Positions 10,688 to 21,008 of a stretch of DNA of 64,000 bases are shown here, in pieces. How positions within the stretch are numbered: the first letter of the stretch is position 1; each line of letters begins with the position of its first letter. Under the pieces are notes generated by a model, which saw nothing but the letters and a program-made list of their open reading frames with translations, was not told where the DNA came from and made no database searches. The position numbers and the translations under genes were made by a program. Source of the DNA: an uncultured candidate division Zixibacteria bacterium (GTDB taxonomy: Bacteria > Zixibacteria > MSB-5A5 > GN15 > FEB-12); assembly GCA_963806185.1 (NCBI GenBank), contig CAWDXE010000007.1, forward strand, positions 64,001 to 128,000, read 5' to 3'.

Positions 10688-11185
10688 ATGACGGGCAAAC
10701 GGACAGATTACATTAGTTGGGACGAATATTTCATGGCGGTGGCGCAGTTATCCGCCAGGCGGTCCAAGGATCCCTCGACGCAGGTTGGCGCCTGCATCGT
10801 CAACAAGACGAAGCGGATTATCGGTATCGGGTATAACGGGTTCCCGGTCGGCTGTTCCGATGATTTGCTTCCCTGGTCACGCGAGGGGGATTTTCTGGAT
10901 ACGAAATACCCATATGTCTGCCACGCCGAGATGAACGCGATCACCAACGCCTCGAACAAGCCGGATCTGGATGGGGCGAGTCTGTATGTATCCTTATTCC
11001 CCTGCAACGAATGTGCAAAATTGATCGTTCAGGTCGGTATTAAGGCGGTGGTCTTTCTGTCCGATAAATATGCCGACGACGTTAAGTTCGTTGCGGCCCG
11101 GCGGATTTTCGATATGGCCGGAGTACAGTACCGTCAGCTCGTACCGACAACCTCTGCACTTACGATTTCGCTGAAGATCGACTGA
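10688..11185 (+). CDS. dCMP deaminase family protein
   Basis: [25 protein letters not shown]. Confidence 0.92.
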   Translation: MTGKRTDYISWDEYFMAVAQLSARRSKDPSTQVGACIVNKTKRIIGIGYNGFPVGCSDDLLPWSREGDFLDTKYPYVCHAEMNAITNASNKPDLDGASLYVSLFPCNECAKLIVQVGIKAVVFLSDKYADDVKFVAARRIFDMAGVQYRQLVPTTSALTISLKID

Positions 11186-11333
11186 ACAAAATCGATCGGA
11201 TTCGGCGAAGAAAGCACGGTTTCCGCGAACACGGGGCCCGATTTTAGTGTTGCAGACATTTTCGCGGGAAATAGATTAGAGGCTTCGTTCATTCGTAAAT
11301 ACGAATACTAAACCGGCAAAGGGAGATAAATCA

Positions 11334-12659
11334 GTGACCAAGACCAAAGAAGATGTACTGCGGTTGATCGACGAAGGCGAAGTCCGGTATGTCCGGCTCT
11401 GCCTGACTGATATTCTTGGCCGCATCAAAGGGATGGACATCACCCGCTCGGAGATCGAGCAGGTGCTGGAAGAAGGACAGGGGTTTGACGGTTCATCGGT
11501 TGAGGGGTTTGCCCGAATCGATGAATCGGATCTAATGGCAATTCCTGATCCCCGGACGTTCCGCATCATGCCGTGGGATGTGGCCGGCGAAAAAGTCGGA
11601 CTCATGTTCTGTGACATTCAGACGCCGAGCGGCGATCCGTATGACGGCGATCCGCGCTGGGTGCTGAAGCGCAATCTGAAGAAGCTTGAAGCGAAGGGCT
11701 GGAACCTTTTTGTGGGGCCGGAATGCGAGTACTTCTACTTCAAGGACTCAAAAGGTCCGGAGATCATCGATCGGGACGGGTATTTCGATTACCAGTCGGT
11801 CGATACCGGGACGCAGGTCCGGACCAAGACGGTCAATGCGCTTGAGCTGATGGACATTCCGGTGGAGTGCGCACACCACGAAGTGGCGCCGAGCCAGCAT
11901 GAGATCGATCTGAAGTATCAGGAAGCGCTGGTGATGGCGGATTTTGTGCAGATCTATCGTTCCATTGTCAAAGAAGTGGCGGTGGCGAACGGGCTGTATG
12001 CGACGTTCATGCCGAAGCCGATTTTCGGACAGAACGGTTCGGGCATGCACTGCCATATGTCGCTGTTTAAGGGTGACAAGAATCTGTTTTTCGACGCCAA
12101 GGCGGAGTATCATCTGTCCAAGACGGCTCGACAGTTCACCGCCGGCGTCCTGGCGCATGTCAGGGAAATCACGCTGGTGCTGAACCAGTGGGTGAATTCG
12201 TACAAGCGTCTGGTGCCGGGGTATGAGGCGCCGGTGTATATCGGCTGGGGTCAGCGCAACCGGTCGAGCCTGGTGCGCGTGCCGATGTATCGTGTGGGCA
12301 AAGAGAAAGCGACGCGCATCGAGTTGCGCTCGCCCGATCCTGCCGCTAACCCGTACCTGGTGTTTGCCTGCATGCTGGCGGCCGGGCTCGAGGGGATCGA
12401 GAAGGGGTACGAGCTGCCCAAGCCGATCGAGCAGAATATTTTCCGGATGTCGGCTGACGAAAAAAAGAAGATGAAGATTGATGCGTTGCCGGGTTCGCTG
12501 CCGGAAGCGCTGGCGGCATTTGAAGCCTCGCCGATCGCTCGCGAGGCGTTGGGCGATCACATTTTTGAGAAACTGATTGAGAATAAGCGGAAGGAATGGG
12601 ATCAGTTCCGCATCAACGTGACCGACTACGAAATCGAGCGGTACCTTTCGCTGTTGTAA
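11334..12659 (+). CDS. glnA: Glutamine synthetase type I
   Basis: FDGSSVEGF, HHEVAPSQHE, TFMPKP, NGSGMH, RIELRSPD. Confidence 0.95.
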   Translation: MTKTKEDVLRLIDEGEVRYVRLCLTDILGRIKGMDITRSEIEQVLEEGQGFDGSSVEGFARIDESDLMAIPDPRTFRIMPWDVAGEKVGLMFCDIQTPSGDPYDGDPRWVLKRNLKKLEAKGWNLFVGPECEYFYFKDSKGPEIIDRDGYFDYQSVDTGTQVRTKTVNALELMDIPVECAHHEVAPSQHEIDLKYQEALVMADFVQIYRSIVKEVAVANGLYATFMPKPIFGQNGSGMHCHMSLFKGDKNLFFDAKAEYHLSKTARQFTAGVLAHVREITLVLNQWVNSYKRLVPGYEAPVYIGWGQRNRSSLVRVPMYRVGKEKATRIELRSPDPAANPYLVFACMLAAGLEGIEKGYELPKPIEQNIFRMSADEKKKMKIDALPGSLPEALAAFEASPIAREALGDHIFEKLIENKRKEWDQFRINVTDYEIERYLSLL

Positions 12660-12681
12660 GAGTGACGACAAGGGTCATGTC

Positions 12682-12711
12682 AGCCGTCCGGCCTGTGCCG
12701 GGCGGCTTTTT
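12682..12711 (+). terminator. Intrinsic terminator after glnA
   Basis: AGCCGTCCGGC-loop-GCCGGGCGGCT followed by a T run. Confidence 0.75.
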
Positions 12712-13233
12712 GTTGGTGCAAGGTGTATGTCAAAGTCAAAAAAGTCGTGCGACGGCGATTGAGTTGATACCAACGCCGAATGCGTCGTACCACGCATGAT
12801 GAAAAAAAACAGGGTATGACGCAGTTATCTCCCGAGTGAAAAAAAGGCAGGGGCCGACGACTGGAGAATTGCGGGGCGGATCAGAAGGGGTGGTGGGGTG
12901 GGTCCATGGGGATTTCTTGAGCTTTCGCCGTACCCCACCGCAGAGACGGTGGGGTACGGGGGTGAAATGTTCGTCGCGCTTCGACTTCGCTCAGGGCGAC
13001 GTTAGGTTTCCAGTTGGTTAGTAGAGCAGTTACGATGGTGCTCTTTATAAAGGGCCCCGATTCCGCATGTTGTAGCGAATTGGTAGCGGTGTGTGCAGGA
13101 GGGTGCGACAGTCACATTGGTGCCCGCTAACTGATTGCGTAATGTGTGTGCAATGGGGTGGAGATAGTGGGCTGGAGAAACGGTCGGATTTTTATGAGAT
13201 GTCGTGATGTGGTTTTGATGGGGCGTAGACCCA

Positions 13234-13664
13234 TGGATTCCGGACCGTTGGCCTGGAATGACAAAGGGGGTGAGTTAAGTGGACACTGAGGTTCTGGAGC
13301 CTTCGGCTCCAGAATGACAAGGTTAGAGATCGCAGAATGACTAGGGGGGTGGTGAAGGGCGGTTGGCACACGGGACGTACGCCAACCACTGAATGGGAGA
13401 AGGCGGTGGACACTGAGGTTCTGGAGCCTTCGGCTCCAGAATGACAAAGTGAAAGGCCCGGAATGACAATGGGGGTGAGTTAAGTGGACACTGAGGTTCT
13501 GGAGCCTTCGGCTCCAGAATGACGGAGGGGGGCCCAGAATGACAAGGTGAAATGGTCCGGAATGACAAGAAGGAGGTTTGAGGACTACGAGATTCTGGGC
13601 CAAGGGCCCAGAATGACAATGGGGGGAGGGGCCGGAATGACATTGGGGGAGAGTCCAGAATGAC
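13234..13664. repeat. Array of hairpin/GAATGAC repeats
   Basis: Three identical 40-bp units GTGGACACTGAGGTTCTGGAGCCTTCGGCTCCAGAATGAC (13279, 13406, 13484) and 11 GAATGAC motifs counted by eye. Confidence 0.85.
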
Positions 13665-13731
13665 TTTGGGGAACGGATCGGTTCCGCAAAAACCCCTTGC
13701 CCACAATGTTTTAGGCCGTCATATTCCGGCC

Positions 13732-14208
13732 GTGAATCCTGAACATTTTCCCAACTACATGGAACTGGCAATTGCCGAGGCCGAAAAGGCGTTTGAACGG
13801 GGTGAAGTGCCGGTCGGTGCGGTGGTCGTGTTCGAAAACAAGGTGATCGGCCGAGGACATAACCTGACCGAGTCGCTTCACGACGCCACCGCTCATGCCG
13901 AGATGATTGCCCTGTCGGCGGCGTACGAGCATTTCGGCGACTGGCGGCTGGAGAACTGTTATCTTTTCTCGACGCTTGAACCCTGCTCCATGTGTGCGTC
14001 GGCGTCGGTACTGTCGCGCATTCATACGATAGTCTACGGAGCGGCTGATCCGAAATTCGGCGGGTGCGAATCGATCTTTCAAATCCCAACCGAGCCGAAA
14101 TTGAATCATCGCTGTAAACTGGTCGGGGGGGTAAAAGAGGCGGAGGTGGCTGAACTGATGCGGGAGTTTTTCCGGAGAGTTCGCAAAGATAAGGAGAAGA
14201 TCAATTGA
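13732..14208 (+). CDS. tadA: tRNA adenosine(34) deaminase
   Basis: GEVPVGAV, HAEMIAL, TLEPCSMC. Confidence 0.88.
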   Translation: MNPEHFPNYMELAIAEAEKAFERGEVPVGAVVVFENKVIGRGHNLTESLHDATAHAEMIALSAAYEHFGDWRLENCYLFSTLEPCSMCASASVLSRIHTIVYGAADPKFGGCESIFQIPTEPKLNHRCKLVGGVKEAEVAELMREFFRRVRKDKEKIN

Positions 14209-14684
14209 GTCCGACTCCTGCAACCGGATCCGGGACAGCGCCGGACCGGACGTTTCGTCGGGTTCAAGGACTGGCGATCATCATGCTGGTCGTGGCGCCG
14301 CTGCTCTACCTGGGCATTGCCTATCTTCAGGAGATGGAAGGGATCGCGCCCGGATATGCGGTGGATCTGACAGTGTATTTGCTTTTGGCGGTGGGGATTC
14401 TGGAGCCGAGCGTCTATTGGTTGATCGAGCGCTCGCAGATAGCACATTACCGGGAATCGGGCGGCCGAAGCAAGATGTCACCCTCGCAGGTGTACTTCAC
14501 GCTGTCGGTCATTCGCATGGCATTTGTCGAAGCGATTTATGTCTTTGGCCTGACCGTCTATTTTGTCACCGGCAGTTACCAGGCGATGTTGTATTTCTAT
14601 CCGGTAGCTCTCGCCTGGACCGTCGTTCATTGGCCGCGCCGGGCGGGGTATGAACGGCTGATGCATATGTTAGGGGCACCATGA
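14205..14684 (+). CDS. Hypothetical membrane protein
   Basis: Several hydrophobic segments; overlaps tadA stop. Confidence 0.65.
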   Translation: MSPTPATGSGTAPDRTFRRVQGLAIIMLVVAPLLYLGIAYLQEMEGIAPGYAVDLTVYLLLAVGILEPSVYWLIERSQIAHYRESGGRSKMSPSQVYFTLSVIRMAFVEAIYVFGLTVYFVTGSYQAMLYFYPVALAWTVVHWPRRAGYERLMHMLGAP

Positions 14685-15199
14685 TGGAGAAGAAGACACG
14701 AGCGGACGTCGACCTGACTCGAATCATGATCAAGCCGATTTATTTCGGCATGGCCGTCAATATCCTAGCGCCGGCGGCCATCTTATTGATCTGCTACTTC
14801 CTGCAGAAGCAAAATCTGGAAAACCTGGTGGGTGATCTGGCGCGCCCGATGTTCTGGGTGTTTTGCGTGCTGGCGGCGGGCGTGTCCGGGTTTGTCTTGT
14901 GGTGGCGATCGAGGTTGCTGAAGGAACCGGCGGCACGATCAAAGGAGACGCTCGAAGAGGATTTGCGGGAAGCGCTGGGGCTTCGTCTCAGACCGGTACT
15001 GGTCCTGGTGGCGGCGATTTCGCTATTTGGCTACAGCTATTTCTTTCTGACCGGGCGGTTCCAGGAGGCGCTGATATTCGTGCTCTGGTCGTTCATACTG
15101 TTTCAGATCATCCGCCCGCGGTATGGGGCGGTGCAGACCTGGGCCGATTACCAGTTGGAGTTGGCGGAGCAGGGGAAGTTTCTCAAGCCCAAGCCGTAA
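14681..15199 (+). CDS. Hypothetical membrane protein
   Basis: About four hydrophobic segments; ATGA overlap with the previous gene. Confidence 0.65.
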   Translation: MMEKKTRADVDLTRIMIKPIYFGMAVNILAPAAILLICYFLQKQNLENLVGDLARPMFWVFCVLAAGVSGFVLWWRSRLLKEPAARSKETLEEDLREALGLRLRPVLVLVAAISLFGYSYFFLTGRFQEALIFVLWSFILFQIIRPRYGAVQTWADYQLELAEQGKFLKPKP

Positions 15200-15328
15200 T
15201 CGGCGATGGCGCGAGAGAGGGTGTGAGAATCTCGGGCGCCGGCCGATGTGTCGATAAACCGCTTTACAGCCGATGAAATTCGAGTACATTAGGCATTCGC
15301 CGAAAGCGGCGGGATGGTTCAGTCGATC

Positions 15329-15414
15329 GGAGAGGTGGCTGAGTGGTCGAAAGCGGCGGTCTCGAAAACCGTTATACCCTTCGGGTATCTAGGGTTCGAA
15401 TCCCTACCTCTCCG
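15329..15414 (+). tRNA. tRNA-Ser (CGA); island integration site
   Basis: GGAGAGGTGGCTGAGTGGTCGAAAGC...GCGGTCT-CGA-AAACCGT...GGGTTCGAATCCCTACCTCTCCG. Confidence 0.96.
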
Positions 15415-15417
15415 CAT
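15397..15417 (+). repeat. attL (21-bp direct repeat, tRNA 3' end)
   Basis: Identical to 31698-31718. Confidence 0.9.
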
Positions 15418-15716
15418 GTAACATATTGATATATAATTGGTTATGGCCATTTCTTGGCCGCCTGCCTTTTCGTACCCTCTCCGCTGTCAATATCTTTAAA
15501 GTTAGTCATTGTAGCAATGAGAACTACTCTAATTGCTGTTGATTCGATCCTCCATCCTTTTGCACTTCGAAGCTTTTAACAAACTATTGCACTGAATATC
15601 ACCAATCGAATAACGACACAAATGGCCCTCACGGCCTCCATCGATAAGACTTTGCCTGATTGTGATAAACTACTCTGATGCGACGGAACAACGGGTAAAT
15701 GCTCGCCAAAGATGTC

Positions 15717-15762
15717 TTGACACTCTGCCGATATGAATATATATTCGCCTAGGCGAATATAT
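15717..15762 (+). promoter_or_regulatory. Sigma70 promoter with overlapping palindromic operator (probable ArsR site)
   Basis: TTGACA (15717), 17 bp, TATATT (15740); perfect 24-bp palindrome ATATATTCGCCTAGGCGAATATAT at 15739-15762. Confidence 0.8.
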
Positions 15763-15817
15763 GAATATGTTGCGGTCTGGTTTACGGACTGAGTTAATAG
15801 AGTGAGAGAGTTTGAAA

Positions 15818-16414
15818 ATGAAAATGTCAGTGTATGATCCTGCTATGTGCTGCCCGACTGGTGTCTGTGGTCCGGCAGTCGATCCGAAACTGCCGCGCTT
15901 TGCAGCCGACCTCGAGTGGCTTGGAAATCAAGGCATAACCGTTGAACGGTTCAACCTGGCCCAGCAACCGGCGGCCTTCGCACAGAATCCGGTGGTAAAG
16001 GAAATGCTCGGTAAGCAGGGTAACGACTGCCTGCCGCTGATCTTGGTGGATGGCGCAGTCGTGTCCACGGTCAGTTATCCAACCCGAGAGAAACTCGCTG
16101 CCTTTGTCAATCTCTCGTATGCTCGGGTCCCCAGCATCTTCACCGATGCAGTTTCCGAATTGGTCGCCATTGGGGCCGCGATTGCCTCAAACTGCGAACC
16201 ATGTTTCCGCTTCCACTATGATAAGGCGCGGAAATTGGGTGTCTCTAAAGAGGATATGGCTCTGGCCGTCGCAATCGCTCAGGGCGTCAAAGAAACTCCG
16301 GCCAAGTCGATTCTTGAAATGGCTGATCGTTACCTCAAATCGAAAAGTACCGACGAGCCAATGACTCTTCCCATGGCAGAAGTCGCCTCCAAATCCAGCG
16401 GCAAATGCTGCTGA
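15818..16414 (+). CDS. arsD: Arsenic metallochaperone ArsD fused to a C-terminal AhpD/CMD-like domain
   Basis: YDPAMCCPTGVCG and RFNLAQQP (ArsD), then ELVAIGAAIASNCEPCFRFH (CMD CxxC); ends in CC. Confidence 0.88.
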   Translation: MKMSVYDPAMCCPTGVCGPAVDPKLPRFAADLEWLGNQGITVERFNLAQQPAAFAQNPVVKEMLGKQGNDCLPLILVDGAVVSTVSYPTREKLAAFVNLSYARVPSIFTDAVSELVAIGAAIASNCEPCFRFHYDKARKLGVSKEDMALAVAIAQGVKETPAKSILEMADRYLKSKSTDEPMTLPMAEVASKSSGKCC

Positions 16415-16427
16415 CCAAGGCTAGATT

Positions 16428-18227
16428 ATGTTGATACTAGATAACCCATCGAGGAATCTGTTCTTCACCGGCAAAGGGGGTGTGGGAAAGACATCGTTAG
16501 CCTGTGCCACGGCGGTGTCCCTTGCCGATCGCGGCAAGAGGGTGCTACTGGTAAGCACAGATCCCGCATCAAATCTCGATGAAGTCCTTAATGTGCACCT
16601 TTCCGCCGTCCCGACCGCGATACCGGACGCTTCCAACTTGTTCGCGCTCAATATCGATCCCGAAGCGGCTGCTCACGCCTATCGGGAGCGAATGGTCGGG
16701 CCGTATCGGGGCCTGCTTCCTGAAGCAGCCGTAGCCAGTATAGAAGAGCAGCTGTCTGGCGCCTGCACCACTGAGATTGCCGCGTTCGACGAATTCGCCA
16801 AACTACTGGGCGATCCCGCTGCGACGGCCGACTTCGACCACATCGTTTTCGATACCGCGCCGACCGGCCATACTCTGCGCTTACTGCAGTTGCCGGCAGC
16901 GTGGAGCGACTTCATTGAGTCGAGCGCGGGTGGGACCTCGTGCCTGGGTCCGCTATCCGGATTGCAGACGCAGCGTGAACTCTACGCGCAAACGGTCCGC
17001 GCATTGGCCGATCCAGCTATCACGACTCTGGTTCTCGTAAGCAGGCCGGAGCGAGCGGCTCTGCAGGAAGCGGACCGGACGCGACAGGAACTGTCGGCTG
17101 TCGGCGTTGGAAATCAGCACTTCATTCTCAATGGGACGTTCGTTGCCCAGGACCGCGAAGATCCAATTGCTTTGGCGCTTGAAGAACGTGGCAGACAAGC
17201 GGTGAACTCCATGCCGGCAGCTCTGGCACAACTTCCGCAGTCTCGAACACAGCTTCTTCCCTTTGGTCTGATTGGCGTACCTTCGTTACGGGCTCTGGTA
17301 AATGCGGACCCCCGAGAAACGACTCCAGCGGCACCTGCTCGACAAACTGCTGGAATCACTTTGCCGGCGCTTTCGACGCTGATTCGCCAATTGGAGACAA
17401 GCAAGCGCGGCGTGATAATGGTTATGGGCAAAGGGGGAGTAGGCAAGACCACTGTCGCGGCCGCTATTGCGGTAGCACTGGCCGATCATGGCCATACCGT
17501 TCACCTGACTACCACCGACCCGGCCGGACAGGTGCAGTCGGCACTGGCAAATAGTGTGGCGGGGCTGACCGTCAGCCGCATCGACCCCGTTGCCGAAACC
17601 GAGGCGTATCGTCTGGAAGTAATGCGCACTGCCGGTGGCAAGCTGGATGATCAGGGACTTCGTCTGTTAGAGGAAGAGCTACGCTCTCCCTGCACCGAAG
17701 AGATGGCGGTCTTTCGCGCGTTCGCGCAGAAGGTTGCCGAAGGGGCAAATGAATTTGTCGTGCTTGATACCGCTCCGACCGGTCACACGCTCCTGCTCCT
17801 GGATGCTACTGAGGCCTACCATCGGCAGGTCTCGCACACTATGAGTGATGTGCCGGATTCCGTTCGGCAGCTACTCCCGCGGCTGCGGGATGCGGAGTAC
17901 ACCAAGGTGCTCATCGTCACCTTGCCGGAAGCGACACCGGTCCATGAGGCCGCGCAACTCCAGAAGGATTTGAAACGAGCCGAAATCACGCCGCACGCCT
18001 GGGTGATCAACCAGTGTCTGACGCCGCATGCGGTCTCTGACCCCGTCTTGAAAACCAGGCAGGCGAGAGAAGGTCTGTTTATCGACGAGGTGACGCAGGT
18101 GCACAGCACAACGGCGTACATGATCCCATGGATGGAAGCAGGAGCAACTTTGGCAGACAGCCTGCGCAAAGTGGTGGCCGCCACGGCGGTAAGCGACAAA
18201 CCTATGGTCAGCAGACAAGGAAGTTAG
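16428..18227 (+). CDS. arsA: Arsenical pump-driving ATPase
   Basis: Two GKGGVGKT P-loops, two DTAPTGHT motifs, SGACT and SCLGP. Confidence 0.96.
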   Translation: MLILDNPSRNLFFTGKGGVGKTSLACATAVSLADRGKRVLLVSTDPASNLDEVLNVHLSAVPTAIPDASNLFALNIDPEAAAHAYRERMVGPYRGLLPEAAVASIEEQLSGACTTEIAAFDEFAKLLGDPAATADFDHIVFDTAPTGHTLRLLQLPAAWSDFIESSAGGTSCLGPLSGLQTQRELYAQTVRALADPAITTLVLVSRPERAALQEADRTRQELSAVGVGNQHFILNGTFVAQDREDPIALALEERGRQAVNSMPAALAQLPQSRTQLLPFGLIGVPSLRALVNADPRETTPAAPARQTAGITLPALSTLIRQLETSKRGVIMVMGKGGVGKTTVAAAIAVALADHGHTVHLTTTDPAGQVQSALANSVAGLTVSRIDPVAETEAYRLEVMRTAGGKLDDQGLRLLEEELRSPCTEEMAVFRAFAQKVAEGANEFVVLDTAPTGHTLLLLDATEAYHRQVSHTMSDVPDSVRQLLPRLRDAEYTKVLIVTLPEATPVHEAAQLQKDLKRAEITPHAWVINQCLTPHAVSDPVLKTRQAREGLFIDEVTQVHSTTAYMIPWMEAGATLADSLRKVVAATAVSDKPMVSRQGS

Positions 18228-18232
18228 GAATT

Positions 18233-19306
18233 ATGGCGCAGCAGGAAGCAAAGCGATTGTCGTTTCTTGACCGCTACTTGACACTCTGGATTTTCCTGGG
18301 CATGGGAGCAGGCGTGGCACTGGGATGGCTGCTACCGCAGACCGAGCAGTTCATCAACCGCTTTCAGGTTGGCACGACCAATGTCCCGATCGCCATTGGT
18401 CTCATTCTGATGATGTATCCTCCGTTGGCGAAAGTGAAGTACGAGGAGCTTGGAGACGTATTCCGCAACACGAAAGTTCTCGGGCTCTCACTATTACAGA
18501 ATTGGGTGATCGGACCGATTCTCATGTTTTTCCTGGCGATTGCGTTTCTCTCGGGCTATCCCGAGTACATGGTCGGGTTGATCATGATCGGCCTGGCGCG
18601 CTGCATTGCCATGGTGATTGTCTGGAACGAATTGGCCAAGGGAGACACCGAGTATGCCGCTGGACTAGTGGCATTCAACTCGATTTTCCAGGTGCTCTTT
18701 TATTCAGTCTATGCCTGGGTGTTCATCACCGTGCTGCCGCCACTGTTCGGTCTCAGCGGCTCAGTAGTCGATGTCAGTATGAGGCAAATCGCCGAATCGG
18801 TATTCATTTATCTGGGGATTCCCTTTATCGCAGGTATGCTCACCCGCCTGATCGCGCTCAAGACCAAAGGACGGGAATGGTACGAGCAAAAGTTCATTCC
18901 GAAAATCAGTCCAATTACTTTGATCGCTCTGCTCTTTACAATCGTTGTGATGTTCAGTCTCAAAGGGAATCTGATCGTGCAAATCCCGCTTGACGTGGTG
19001 AGGATCGCGGTGCCACTCTTGATCTATTTTGTCGTCATGTTCCTGGTTAGTTTTTGGATGGGTCGCAAAGCGGGCGCAGACTACTCAAAAACGGCCACCC
19101 TGTCCTTCACGGCCGCCAGTAACAACTTCGAGCTGGCGATTGCTGTGGCCGTGGCGGTATTTGGCATTAACTCCGGCGCGGCCTTTGCGGCCGTTATTGG
19201 ACCGCTTGTCGAGGTGCCCGTTCTCATTGGATTGGTCAATGTGGCACTCTATTTCCAGCGAAAATACTTCGCACAACCGAACGCAGCTATGGAGGCGGCA
19301 CGATGA
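18233..19306 (+). CDS. acr3: ACR3-family arsenite efflux permease
   Basis: [39 protein letters not shown]. Confidence 0.96.
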   Translation: MAQQEAKRLSFLDRYLTLWIFLGMGAGVALGWLLPQTEQFINRFQVGTTNVPIAIGLILMMYPPLAKVKYEELGDVFRNTKVLGLSLLQNWVIGPILMFFLAIAFLSGYPEYMVGLIMIGLARCIAMVIVWNELAKGDTEYAAGLVAFNSIFQVLFYSVYAWVFITVLPPLFGLSGSVVDVSMRQIAESVFIYLGIPFIAGMLTRLIALKTKGREWYEQKFIPKISPITLIALLFTIVVMFSLKGNLIVQIPLDVVRIAVPLLIYFVVMFLVSFWMGRKAGADYSKTATLSFTAASNNFELAIAVAVAVFGINSGAAFAAVIGPLVEVPVLIGLVNVALYFQRKYFAQPNAAMEAAR

Positions 19307-19641
19307 AGACTCACGAAGCGTTTAAGGGGCTGTCTGATCCGACGCGGCTTCGCATCGTCGCGCTTCTGCTGGAGCAGGAACTCTGCGTGTGTGACTTGAT
19401 GGCCGTCTTGCAATTGCCTCAATCAACAGTGTCCCGTCATATGATACGCTTGAAAGCCGCGGGGCTGGTCGCGGATCGACGCGCGGGCAAATGGGTGCAC
19501 TATTGCCTGCTTGAAAATTCCCTGGTAAGCGATCTGCGGCGCCTGCTGCAGAACCATTTGGCCGGCGCTGAGCCCTATAAGAAAGACGCAACTGCCTTGC
19601 GACGATATGTCCGAAACGGGAACTGTGCTGAAAACTCGTGA
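19303..19641 (+). CDS. arsR: ArsR/SmtB transcriptional repressor (1)
   Basis: [26 protein letters not shown]. Confidence 0.92.
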   Translation: MKTHEAFKGLSDPTRLRIVALLLEQELCVCDLMAVLQLPQSTVSRHMIRLKAAGLVADRRAGKWVHYCLLENSLVSDLRRLLQNHLAGAEPYKKDATALRRYVRNGNCAENS

Positions 19642-19654
19642 GAAGATCGAACCG

Positions 19655-20095
19655 ATGAACGACAACAAGACACTGCGTATTTTGGTGCTGTGCACCGGCA
19701 ATTCCTGTCGATCGCAGATCGCCGAAGGGTACTTTCGTCACTATGGAGGAGACAGAGTGGAAGTCTTCTCTGCCGGGCTTGAGCCAAAGGGAGTCAACCC
19801 ACGGGCGATTCAGGTGATGAAGGAAGTTGGCATTGATATATCGCAGCATGCTTCAGACCACCTGTCAAAGTACATGGGCCAGTCATTTGATTACGTCATT
19901 ACTGTCTGCGATAACGCGGCGGCCAATTGCCCGGTGTTTCCGGGAGCCGGAACGAAACTGCACTGGCCGTTTGAAGATCCCGCCGACGCGACTGGCACGG
20001 AAGAACAGGTGTTGGCGGTTTTCCGTCAAATACGTGACGAAATTGGTGCAAAGGTGAAGAACTGGTTGAGGACAACCCAAGAGCTGGCCCGATAG
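19655..20095 (+). CDS. arsC: Arsenate reductase (thioredoxin-coupled, LMW-PTP fold)
   Basis: CTGNSCRS P-loop; TVCD...NCPVFP; HWPFEDP. Confidence 0.93.
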   Translation: MNDNKTLRILVLCTGNSCRSQIAEGYFRHYGGDRVEVFSAGLEPKGVNPRAIQVMKEVGIDISQHASDHLSKYMGQSFDYVITVCDNAAANCPVFPGAGTKLHWPFEDPADATGTEEQVLAVFRQIRDEIGAKVKNWLRTTQELAR

Positions 20096-20247
20096 CTTTT
20101 CGGGATATGGCTTCCTTGTCCGACCAAAGGCAATGCGCAGTTTGTGAGTAAATGAACAACAGAGGCGCGACGCCTGTTTATAAAATGGAGAAAGAAGTCG
20201 ATTACATGGGTCCACGATAGTAAGGTAACCACAGAATGGAGGAACAG

Positions 20248-20997
20248 ATGTTCAGGAAAATCAGCATTGTGACCGTTGCTCTGCTGCTTATGGCGGTAGC
20301 GGCCTTTGGCGCGGCACAACAACAACTGGAAGCGGCCGCAAAATCCGGCAACGTGGCCTTCGTCTTGGTGTATGACGCCACTGCTACCACTCTCGAGCAG
20401 GCGCGTCAGCTAACCGCGCAGGCGGTCGGCCGCGTGCCCGGATCGATAGCGATCGAAGTCAATCGCGGTGACGCCTCCGAAGCGGATTTTGTGAAGCGAT
20501 ATGGGCTGGCTACTGCTCCGGTACCGCTCATCTTAGTGAGCTCATCTGCCGGCGTCATCACCGGCGGTGTCATCGCCGCCCAGGCCAATGTTGACCAACT
20601 GGTGAAACTTGTACCATCACCCAAGAAAGCTGAAATCATCCAGGCGTTGTCGCAGGGAAATGCCGTGTTCATTACCGCGAGTCGGAAGAGCATGGCGACA
20701 GCAACAACTGTCAATAGCGCATGCGCCGCCGCGTGCCAACAGATGGCTGGGAAATCGGTACAAGTGACTGTTGATATGGATGATCCAAAAGAGGCCGGTT
20801 TCCTGACCGAGATGAAAGTCAATCTGCAATCAGCAGAACCGATCACGTTGGTAGCCAACGCTCAGGGGCAGATTGCCGGGATGTACACTGGGGCCATGCA
20901 GGTTACCGATCTCGTGACCGCCGCGACCAAGAAAGTTGGCGGCTGTTGCCCATCGACTGTTGCCAAACCGGACGCTTCATGCGCGCCTAAGAAGTAA
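20248..20997 (+). CDS. Secreted/periplasmic Cys-containing protein upstream of ABC exporter
   Basis: Signal peptide; CAAAC and C-terminal GGCCP...SC. Confidence 0.7.
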   Translation: MFRKISIVTVALLLMAVAAFGAAQQQLEAAAKSGNVAFVLVYDATATTLEQARQLTAQAVGRVPGSIAIEVNRGDASEADFVKRYGLATAPVPLILVSSSAGVITGGVIAAQANVDQLVKLVPSPKKAEIIQALSQGNAVFITASRKSMATATTVNSACAAACQQMAGKSVQVTVDMDDPKEAGFLTEMKVNLQSAEPITLVANAQGQIAGMYTGAMQVTDLVTAATKKVGGCCPSTVAKPDASCAPKK

Positions 20998-21008
20998 GGA
21001 AAGCCAAA

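Noticed and set aside
13234..13664. CRISPR array
   Set aside because: Irregular spacing, repeated 'spacers', truncated units and no cas genes; fits REP-like repeats.
13127..14089. 320-aa minus-strand ORF and other ORFs over the repeat array
   Set aside because: Translation of repeats (CHSG/VILE units) overlapping tadA antisense.
16406..16414. Selenocysteine read-through at ArsD C-terminal CC-TGA
   Set aside because: No SECIS-like hairpin seen; arsA starts 13 nt later in a different frame; terminal CC is typical of ArsD.
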